This document shows positions 41,701-52,547 of a stretch of DNA of 52,547 bases, one piece after another. Each line of letters begins with the position of its first letter. The stretch's first letter is position 1. The notes beneath the pieces were generated by a model, which saw only the letters and a list, made by a program, of their open reading frames with translations, did not search any database and was not told the origin of the DNA. This stretch comes from Welwitschia mirabilis (Eukaryota), in assembly GCA_051453625.1 (NCBI GenBank), contig JBOZIK010000001.1, positions 27,582,359 through 27,634,905 of the forward strand, given 5' to 3'. A program made the position numbers and the translations under genes.

Positions 41701-42103
41701 TTTCCTTTAATAAATAACCAAATGGATGAATGGTATTCTTGTAATGAATCTACTACACTAACCCCTCAACATTTTCATGCTATCATCATAGGACACCTTA
41801 CTTGAATACCATGTACCATCCTATTCATAGCATTCATGTTCCATTCAATAATTTCAAGCCAACGGATTCTATTAACATGTGTAACTAAATTCTACCCTTT
41901 GTCTAACTCCATTTTTAACATGTTTATTCTAGCACTTTAGTGAGATTTGATCAAACGTGCATTAGTGCTATTTTTATTTGATTCCCTTTTATGTTGCATC
42001 AATATACATCTAATGAATATGCCTTTTAGTCCAACATTAGGAAGGATGGGATGTTTCCCCCTCCTCAATCATTTTCATTTGATTTGCTTTCATCTACTAA
42101 TTC
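38800..42103 (+). repeat. Tandem duplication across gap: ~38800-40406 repeated at ~40510-42103
   Basis: Both copies start AAATTCTTATTAAGAGAATCTTTCAATAATGAC and stay collinear with scattered substitutions. Confidence 0.9.
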
Positions 42104-42950
42104 CCTAATTATTAACTAAATTTCACTATGACTTATTATCTAAGTTTGAGCACATAAATTTTTCTCATCATGCTTACCCCAATTCATCCATTTTAAAACA
42201 TGTACCTCACTAAAATACTTCTTTTTCTTCCCATGTGATTTTTTATTTTTCTCATTCACACCGTCTATTAGTGGTCAGCATGTTTTCTTCTCTACTAAAA
42301 TGGATAGAATGTTATTCCTTCTTACATGTCAGATTTGTCAAATAGCCATCTCCACTATAAAGAATTAAACACAAAAAAAAATATTACTCTTTTGAGATGA
42401 CCAACAATCTTCCTTTTTTCTTAAGTTGGGCATTTCACGATTTGTTAGTCCAATTGCACATTCTATTCTTCTTAGTGGTAGATAACCATGCCTTCTCCTC
42501 TGACTCATGTGTTTTCTTAACAATAATGTATGTAAGCATTTCATTCTTCTCCTCTCACTCAGCCCTTTATTCCTAATGTATGTTGCTATAAATAACTCAT
42601 CTATGCAGTGCATTCATATCAAGCTTAATAATCATAATTTTTTATCCATAAAAGCCCCTTGTAAGCAAATCATTTTACCTACTTAACAACATATGTTATG
42701 ATATTTTATTAGATAAAGAATATTTTTGATTGGCCATTTGTGGAAATGGCTAATATAAGAAAAAATAACTTTGGGACAAACCAATATCTATAAGAACATA
42801 TCCTTCTCTCTTTTCTTCAACCACCATTTTTGCTATAAAATCCTTCATTTCCCATAGTATTGCCTCTTGAATCTTTAGCCAAGCCAAATCTTATGCCCAA
42901 AATGCAATAAAATATTTTATCTACTTGAAATTAGACTTCTAAAATTTATT
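39950..42950 (-). pseudogene. Probable decayed copia pol fragments
   Basis: Short motifs only: KCIFIG (integrase-adjacent), RRHGYL (LWHRRxGHL-like) and DIGLSQ/FVP-like segments. Weak. Confidence 0.35.
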
Positions 42951-43858
42951 TTCTCTTTTCCTAAAAAAGAGGAAGTCATTTATTTTGAAGTTATGTACAT
43001 GGCATTTATTATATCAAAAATAAGAACATCTCACCAAATGATGAAAAGTTCTATAGATCCAACTACCTTGGCTGATCTGTTATGAAGACATTTATGTACT
43101 CTTAAATTCAGAAACTTGGGTACCAACAAAGATTTAGCAATAATTTCCTTCTAATTCCTGAAACCTAGATGTATATCTTTGTTAAACTTTTGAAAGAAAC
43201 ATCAAAAGTTTTAGCTGGAAATCTTACAGGAAACAATTGACAATCAATATGATAGTGATAAATATAACCTTTGACCTTCAATCCCTACCTGCAATCACTG
43301 GTTTTCAAAGTCTGACCACCAACGGCACTGAAATTAAAGGTAGAATCTTTGAAAATGCTAGCACACCCATCATACTTTTAAGTATTATTTTCTACATTAT
43401 AGTTCTGAAAAATATTTTTAAATGCTTGACTAATCAAATCTTCTTCAAATTCTTGCCTTGTCATTCGATGCTCCTTTTTCTTGAGTCTCGTATAAGTTTT
43501 CATGTGGTTGTGGTTGCCATGATATTCCATAAATATTTTCTTTAATTTACAAGAACTTCCTGTGCACACATCAACAAGCTGCAGCATTAGGGCAAATGAA
43601 ATGTGTGAAGTAAAACTGAAGCACGTGAAATGTAAAAGGATGTCTCTTTTTATGTAAAGCAACTAAACTATTTAAGAACTGGGTTTTTTTTAATTTTTTT
43701 TTGCATTGTTTTTAAGGTGTTTATTTTAAACAAATGCCTGAAAAGGATCTCGAATAGCTCTTTTTTTAAGGCTTTTATTATAATAAATGCCTTAAAATGC
43801 TTTATACTTAAAGTACTTATTAAAATAAATGTCTTAAAATCTTATATTTCTCATAGTA

Positions 43859-44995
43859 AGCTAATGCATTGAGAAGGTATCCATCCATATTGATCACAGC
43901 CTTTCACATAAAGGCAATCATCATATGATGATTAATTGGAATCCCTTACTTAATAAGAGCATTTACCATGTAAGCATTATATACATTGATTCAAAATGCT
44001 AACTTCTATTGAAGATTCATGCCCTATAAAGTAATAGTACTTAATTTTTCAGTAAGGAATCTTAATTTCTTTATTATACTAGAGGATTTTGAATCTGAGT
44101 CATGTTGATGAAACTAGCTCTTATATTAAGGACCAACATCTTTAGGATTATAATTAAGATAGATTCTTTATGAATCTTGTGAGTCATCTATGGAATATCA
44201 CCTTCATGGTTGGGACTTCCTTTTATGTTCAAATATCGAGTAAGCAGTGGTAGATATGTAGTCAAAGCTACATTGCATTCTAAAATAAGGCTTTGCTTCT
44301 TTGGCTTTAAAAATGATACATAATAAGCATTTTACTATTTCTTTAGAACGTTTGCTAGCATTCCTAGTTTTTAAATCCTTGAAGTAAAACTTTACATGCA
44401 ATCTAGATTACAATTACAAGTTATAAGATCATGTTCTACATGTGCTTTCAATGATTATTGTGTTCTTATTTCCTTGCCTTCTACTGAATAAGGTAGCCTT
44501 TTAGGTGCAATTCTTGGTTTTGAAACTCAAAAAATAGAATTTTGCATATTTGTGATTCTATACAACTAATTCTCTTTACCATGATTAATATCAAATGAAC
44601 CTAGATTATTTTGTAATGTTTTTAATTATTTTATGTTATCTTTTATAAATTTATTATTAAGGGAATTCTTTAATGATTTCATGATTTTAGTTAAAGAGGT
44701 AGAATAATGATTTCATAATCAAATATAAGTATTACTTTTCTTTTTCTTATCCCTAATACTTATGGAGCAACATCAATGGAGTGCTCCATTATAGTGGGAA
44801 GTAGATTTCCTATACAAAATCTCTTTTATTATGTCCTCATGGACTAGGTAGCTCTAACTTGTTAGCCGCAAACTAGTCAACATTATTAATAGAATCTAGT
44901 TACCTTTTTGATAATGAAATGTAGAGAGATTCTTGATACAATCCTTGAATAATTTATTCTTCCAATCAAATAACTTCCTCCTTTAACATAACTTT
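43859..44995 (-). pseudogene. Lzipper-MIP1 / DUF547 retrocopy, 5' part (unit 3)
   Basis: LKEEVI*LEE*IIQGLYQESLYISLSKR (MIP1 leucine zipper, cf. LEEEVVRLEEQVVxFRQGLYQEAVYISS), HGKEN (~44570), SKRSKEIVKCLL, and [12 protein letters not shown]...KAVINMDGYLLNALA. No introns visible. Confidence 0.87.
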
Positions 44996-45548
44996 AACTA
45001 ATTCAAAGAAAATTTCTTTGAAAAGTTTATCTATTGGGCTAATAAAATCTAAAGAATCTACAATCACCACATCATATTTCCTTTTGGGAGAGTCCTTTAG
45101 AAATGCTACTCCATCACCAACATGAATAGTAGCTTCGAAATCCATAGTAAGGCTAGAAAGAATTGTTCAGAGATATTTATAAATTATATTCACATCATCA
45201 ATTTCACATATGTTAATATGCTCCATGGGCTATTCCTAAATACTTCATGAAGTCCTCCACCATCTCCACCACTTGTAACAAGCACATTTTTGACAGTTGG
45301 ACTAGAGAAAAGGGGAAGATGGGGTATCATCTATTGATAGGAATATTCATTCTTTTCAATCAGCTAAATGATACCTTAAAATATAAGGACTGTGTCATAA
45401 ATTACTGATTGAAACATCATTACGTCTTGATACTCTAATTGACTTTGATATAAGATTTTCTCCACTTTTAAGGAATCAACCTCACTAGGCCACATGAAAC
45501 TAACTTTAATCAAAGGATATGAAGGTTAGGCTTTACTTATGTATCCAT
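44996..45548 (-). pseudogene. SPDS: Spermidine synthase processed pseudogene fragment (N-terminal ~two thirds)
   Basis: MWPSEVDSLKVEKILYQSQLEYQDVMMFQS...SYQ*MIPHLPLFSSPTVKNVLVTSGGDGGGLHEV...CEIDD...IHVGDGVAFLKDSPKRKYDVVIVDSLDFISP..LFKEIFFE. Continuous across positions where plant SPDS genes carry introns. Candidate ATG at 45548 with a CTT-rich leader. Confidence 0.93.
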
Positions 45549-46058
45549 GGCATATATAGAGAGCTTACAATCAAAAGAAGAAGAAGAATGGGTGCTTACA
45601 TTCTCTCATTTTGAGTGCCACAAAATTGTTTAAAAGAGGAGCATTGCTATGTATGTTGATCTTACTATTATGTTCTTTACCAGAGAGGTAACAACCACCA
45701 TGAACTACTACAATGTCCTGGAATCCTGGAATGCTTTATTATAAAAGCCATGAAGAGATAAGATGGAAAGATTATCAATTGGATGATAAAGAAGGTTATA
45801 ATCCTTTAGTCAATTAGCCTGTTAATTCAAGTATTCTTTCTTAACTATCATAGACTTGTGTATTTGGATAGACATCAAAGTTTAATCAAACTTCTACTTC
45901 AAATCTACTTCAATCATCTTCATTAGTTAACTTCTTTGGTGCTAAATCTACACACTTTGATAACATGGCTTCATATGGTTTACTTGGTCTTGACATCTAA
46001 AGCATATTTTTATCTAGTATATTATCTAAGAAAAATCTTGTGGTAAATTCCTTTTCAT

Positions 46059-46153
46059 TTTATGTATAATGCCCATATTGTAAAATGCCTTAGCATATAT
46101 GAGCCTTTGGATTCTACCTTTTCATAGTAGCTAAGAGTCAAATCATATTGCAT
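46059..46153 (-). pseudogene. SPY: SPINDLY-like TPR fragment (may extend ~45800-46330)
   Basis: MQYDLTLSYYEKVES-(frameshift)-RLIYAKAFYNMGIIHK versus recalled SPY MQYDNALSCYEKAALERPMYAEAYCNMGVIYK. Confidence 0.72.
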
Positions 46154-46704
46154 CCTACAAGATTTGAATCCTATGGCATTCTTCCTTTCTATCATTTCTA
46201 AGCAACCCTAAGTTTATCTGCTATGTGTTTGTCATACAAAACTGCATTACAATATCCCAGTTTATACAACTCTAAAATTTCTTGAAACACATATAATTAA
46301 TCTCATCCTTATCTTGTGCATTAAAGCTATATTATAATAATAGATAAGAATAATTACTTTTTGCTAGGTAAGATTCTAGATAAATTTTAAATCCATAATT
46401 AGTGATTGAGCATTATCACTATAGTCAGCTATAACATTATATTAGTATTTGACTACTTAATATTTATTCTACATTCTTATAATTGTTGATGTTCCTTTAC
46501 TATAATTTACTTAGTGTTGAAACTACTATAGAAATGCATTAAATGACATCATTACATCCATCATCATCATGTAATAAATCCATTTATATGAGAAACAATG
46601 GCTACATGTTTATGAACTGGTAATACATAACCAATTACATTTAAATTTATATCTATAACTTCAAAAATTATTATGTACTTATTTGTCTAATATTAATATG
46701 TGTA

Positions 46705-47550
46705 GGTCATGTAATGAGTATGCGAATGGCGTAAATAAGTTTAACAATTATTTTAATTCTTAGTGCATACTCTGTCCATGTGTGAAATGCTATAACACAT
46801 TTTGTTAATAGTCAAATATAGCTTTTTAGCATCTTTTATGCAAATGCATGAATCATATTATGTAAGGGAGAACATTAAAAGAACACTATGACCAATGTAA
46901 TGGTAAAAATATAATATAATATGATCCTATTTCCATGGTGAAATAATTCTTTATGTTCTTTAATTATGGCAAGCAATTACATGAAGGAAAAGACACCAAG
47001 TATTTCTCAAATTATGATAATTTCAGTGGTGATGTAAAAAAATAAAAAATACAATAATTTAATCAAAGAAGCTAACGAGCCATTGTACCTTAGTTGCACA
47101 AAATATTAAAAGATTTCTATGATTATCAAATTGGTTAACATCAAAGTAATGTGTTGATGGTAAAATTCAACATTTTTAATGTTGCTTGATCTCTTGCATG
47201 ACTCTTTTCTAAAAGGTAATACAATTTCAAGTTTTTATGATTAATTGAAAAGTATACTTCACTCCCTAAATATGAAATGTAATAAAATACATGCATGCCC
47301 TAGTGATTATGTCTTACATTAGAAGGATCATAACAAGTAACATGAATGTCCTCAATGTAGCGCATCTTGATGGATATTATAGAAAGGTCCCAAAGATAGT
47401 AAGCTAGACAAAAGATTATTTGCCAAAGTATTGCAACACTTTCTGTTAATTCCAAGGCTACAAAAGCTTTATTCATCACCCATAATAGTTAAAACATATG
47501 ATATGACATTCAAAAAGGTAGATAGACCATGGCATTATGTGTCATTCAAT
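46705..47550 (+). pseudogene. CACTA TnpD transposase N-terminal remnant (Transposase-associated domain and following region)
   Basis: EYANGVNKF...ILCPCVKCYN...HLLC; LIKEANEPLYLSCTKY*KISMIIKLVNIK...LLDLLHD; KIHACPSD; LIPRLQKLY. Confidence 0.85.
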
Positions 47551-47999
47551 AGATAGACTATGCTAATAGACCCTTTTGTGGATAGCTTTTCAAAGTTAGA
47601 AAACAAGAATTCATCAAAAATTTATTTAGTCCTAATAGGACAGATCTCAAGAGTAGGACTACAAGTTGAGCTAACTTCATTTTTAGAACATGTACCTCAA
47701 AGTCCCAAAACAAAATTCCTCTAGCTCATAAAAGAAAGAGAGGAGAATCAAAGTAGCTAAGGGTTCCTTCAAGAGGGAGAGGCAGAAGCAAAGAGCAAAT
47801 AACTTAAAAACCAACACATACAGAAACTATAGATTTGAACGATCCTAGTTTTACAAGAAGAACAAAGGAAAATTAAAGCTTCCTTGGAATAAGAAAAACA
47901 ATTAGCACAATTGGCTAAGAAATTAGAAGAATTATAGTTCAATGAAAAGAATCCTTTTGTCTTTAAAAGGAGAAAAAAATTGGTAAGTCTATTTTTCTC

Positions 48000-48002
<3 letters not shown>

Positions 48003-48059
<57 letters not shown>
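48003..48059. repeat. (TA)n microsatellite
   Basis: Direct reading. Confidence 0.97.
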
Positions 48060-48063
<4 letters not shown>

Positions 48064-51000
48064 GGTCTAACAAAATCTTGAGCTTAGGGAAACTGATAAG
48101 TAAATATAATGATGTAAACTTTTCTTATTAATGAAACATTTTTATTCTTATAATTATATATTTGAGATGGTACTTGATATTTCTCTTTTGCATTGAGGTT
48201 ATATACTAGTCAGTTAAAAGATTAGTTAGCTAGTATATTAGTAGGTTATCTTATAAGTTATATCATTATGTTACAAGTACAAAATGCCATTTAGCATGAG
48301 GATGAGAGAGAAGACCAAGTTGATGGAAACATAGCAACAACTCCAACCATACACCTATTCTTTAAGATCAAAGAAAGGAAATGCCAAAACAGAAACAGGC
48401 TAAAGCAGTATAAGAAGGAGAACTCCACAAATATTAGGAATCTTTTAGCAAAAAGGCTCTAGAAATAGAGCTAAATCAGAGGTCACGTGAAAGCTTCAGT
48501 TATCCTGAAGAGGGTGCAGTAGAATCTCAAATGTTCTAATGTTACCTATAAAGGAAAATACAAACTTATTAGTACATGTCTGTATAACATTCTAGTATTT
48601 TAATATAAAGCTAAAAAGCTAATATTCTTAAAGTACTGTGACCATGTTTTATTACTTAAAAAAGTAATATTCCTTTTTTACTTGCTTCTGCTCATGCAGT
48701 TGAACATGAATTAGGGTAATTAGTAATACTTAGAAATAAGTATTATTTAGCATTTAATGAAACTCCTATTATGTTTTTCCCTTTTTTCATTCCCCCTATG
48801 TAACATATGTATATAGCAAACTTATCAATTATTAACCTAGCTAGTTCAAGTAACTTCATCATAAGATTATGTTGATGATTTATTTCGAACTAAATGGTTG
48901 AAGTGTTAGTGTCTCAACTAGTTATTTATTAAACTTTTAATTTTTATTTAATGATTACGATTATTTTAGTTTAATAACATCATATTTTTTTTGCATTTTT
49001 TAGCATAATTTGTTACTATTTTTTGCAATTATTTCATAATATAAGCTTTTATCACCTCTTTAAAAAAAATTCTATGAGTAGAATTATTAAAATCTCATGG
49101 AAATTTATTCATAATTAGGATTATATTATAACTAGACATAATAACAAACAAAAGCAAAAGATGTTTTATATGCTTAAAATATAATCCTAATATACATTTT
49201 TCTAAAGAATAAAGTAGAAATATTTACATAAGTCAACTGAGTCATTATGTAGCCTTTGAAGCTCATAAAATGAAAATACAATGTCAAAAGATTAAATAAA
49301 GTTAGTCTTATTTGGTAATTACAAAAATATGTTGATCTTTTGATAGATGATGAAAAATCTAGAATTATTAGTATTATAGATAACATGTATTTTCTAGGAT
49401 TAAAAGGGCTATCATTAGATTTCATTACTAATGAAAACTCATACGAATGCTACATTAAGAAACGACTTTCTGATTACCATAAAGAATGTTCATTATGCTA
49501 ATTTAAATTTATAAGTTGGTAGTATTCCATTTTTTTCAATTTTAGGTATTGAGTTTATTAACAAGATAATGGAACAACACTTGATTATCTATATTACATA
49601 CATACATGATGATGGGCTTGGACTTCCAAAAACAAAGTTCATCAAACTTTTGAAAATTAAATATGGAGCCTAATCAGTGATGTTTAATGCAATTAATAAA
49701 CTATTAGTAGAAATGGGACTTTCAAAGGCAAAAATTGGCTGTATTTAGACCAAATGAGCATCAACAATGAAGGGTCCATAAGAGGGGCTAGCTACGAAGT
49801 TGGTTTATGAATTTCTAGATTTCTTACTTGTACATTGCATAACACATCATTAAGCTTTCATCATAGCTAAAGCTTCTGTTCATTTTCTAGATTTTCAATT
49901 AGCTAATAAAGATTGCAAATAATGCTTACACATGATTATGGAAGTCTTTAAATAGAAATTTTACATTTTAACAAATTAAGTAAACTCTTTTAAGGAGATA
50001 ACCTTTCTTCAATGGAATTGCAAATAGTGCATTGGTTAGCTAGATGATAAGTAATGTTAATGCTAGTCAAACTGATACCTACCATCTTACATAAATGAAG
50101 AGAAGACGGTAATGGATTGTATGAGCAAGCTATAATTTTTCAAGTTTAATTTTGCATCTTCTTACTTGATAATGTCTTAATAATGATAAATGAATTAAGC
50201 AAAAATTTTCAATTACAAGGTGGTGACATAACATCAACACAAACACAAATTCAAGTTCTTTCCCTACTTTTTGGTGGAACTCATACATCTAATTTTTTAA
50301 CAATGCACAATTTGTGTTTTTAGAACTTGTTGATAAATCAAATGTCATTCAGAAATATATGTTAAGATTTGAATCTATTCCCAAAGCACTTGGATTAGGT
50401 AGTTTAGAATCTTATATTGAATTAGGAAAATAATTTGTAATTAAAAGTTATCCAGCATCTCAAAAAAAAGTTTGGAGTAGAAATATCTTTCAAGCAGCAA
50501 AATTATTCAGTCCTTATTCCTTCAATGATGGAGATACATTAAGAGATATAGAATTAAGAAAATGGTTAGAATGCTTATGTAGTAAGTTTGATCTCGGAAG
50601 TACCTTCTCATTATAAGAAAAATTTATCTTAATGAGATGGAGGAATGCATTATAATGATGCAAAAAATAGTTTCAATATAACCTATTAAATGTAGGATAA
50701 GATGTAGATAAAAAACATAATGGTTAGAGTCATTTCCAAATATTATGAAACTTTGGCAAGCTCTCCTCACACTTGTCACAAGAACTACTAAATGTGAAAG
50801 AGGGTTTTCCAAATGAAGGGAATTGGAAAGAAATTTTTGAACTATGGACTAAGCTGAGAAGTGTAGTCCTATTTCTCTTGAAATGAAACTACTAAGTTAA
50901 ACAATTTAAAATTAAATTTATTAGGTAAGCATAGTAATTTCGAGTCATTCTATTTCTTTTAATTTAACAAGTTAGAGGGACTTTAACAAGACATGCGGAT

Positions 51001-51283
51001 TCTCTAGTTATAAGAGAAAACATGTCATTAAATGTCCATATTTTGAATTTCATTCACTATTATTGTGAACAAGTTAAATAGTTCAATTATCACTTTTTAA
51101 AACAGTTATCAGGAAATAATATTAGCATTACCTTAGACATAATATACTCTGTTTTATATGTTCAAACATATTTATGTTTACAAATTTGTTTATGCTAATT
51201 TTAGATTTAAGTATTACAGTTGAGAATTCTATACTGACCTCTTTGTTTAAGATTAAATTAAAATTTTGGGAATGAAATTTTTT

Positions 51284-51546
51284 ACGTGTCAACTTTAAAA
51301 TGTATTTGGACAATGCTTATCAACCACAAAATACTACCTTGTCTTTTCGTGTCAAATTCGTTCACTGTTAAGAATGTCTTGACTTTTCAAAATCCGGAAA
51401 CGCAGTAAGTTGCAGCGTCTCTTTTTGACCACGTATACAATTTAATTCTGGCTGGGAGTCTTCCATTATTGAACGCACGCCAGTTAATGCCGATCCCACT
51501 CACTCTCGCTGCCATTGCCATTGAAATGTGTAATTGCTATATAAAC
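51284..51546 (+). promoter_or_regulatory. Proximal promoter of the beta-glucosidase
   Basis: TATATAAA at ~51538-51545, about 90 bp before the ATG. ABRE-like ACGTGTC at 51284; W-boxes TTGACT at 51379 and TTGACC at 51425. Confidence 0.6.
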
Positions 51547-51629
51547 AGCTCTGGAACGGCAACTGCATCACCACCATCGTTCTCTCATATTCTTTCATTC
51601 GGCAATTGCAAAACACTGCTCAAGCATTG

Positions 51630-52547
<918 letters not shown>

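Larger units (their letters stand above)
29167..43858. mobile_element. CACTA (En/Spm) DNA transposon, ~14.7 kb, degraded, with nested copia fragments and internal duplications
   Basis: Decayed TIRs TACCACAAGAAA (29167) and TTTCTCATAGTA (43847-43858). Flanks AGG / AGC form a 3-bp TSD with one mismatch. Subterminal (A)AATGCCTTAAAA repeats occur in both orientations at both ends. Confidence 0.85.

Noticed and set aside
44700-44995. Continuation of spermidine synthase C-terminus
   Set aside because: The frame matches the MIP1 leucine zipper (LEE..QGLYQE..YIS) much better than SPDS.
47550-50900. Possible TnpA / Ulp1-like CACTA coding remnants
   Set aside because: Only faint motif hints; too decayed to support a call without a search.
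51534-51629. Upstream extension of the BGLU ORF from a TTG start
   Set aside because: Overlaps the TATA box; ATG 51630 gives a proper signal peptide.

Overview
Plant genomic DNA, very AT-rich and CpG-depleted, with several N gaps. About 51 kb is decayed, nested transposon sequence. It contains two 3' ends of SIRE/Sirevirus Ty1-copia elements (1-4992), nested Athila-like Ty3-gypsy LTRs and internal regions (~6050-25110), CACTA ends and transposase remnants, and copia fragments. The only apparently intact gene is the 5' part of a glycoside hydrolase family 1 beta-glucosidase (51630 to window end). The main finding is a decayed minus-strand chain of four unrelated host-gene fragments: SPINDLY-like TPR, then intron-less spermidine synthase fused in frame to an intron-less Lzipper-MIP1/DUF547 gene whose DUF547 domain is triplicated, then CSI1/POM2 armadillo repeats. 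A ~14.7 kb CACTA element with TIRs and a 3-bp TSD later split this cassette, which may itself be cargo of an older CACTA. All protein identifications come from manual translation and recalled family motifs, not database searches. Coordinates of decayed elements are approximate.
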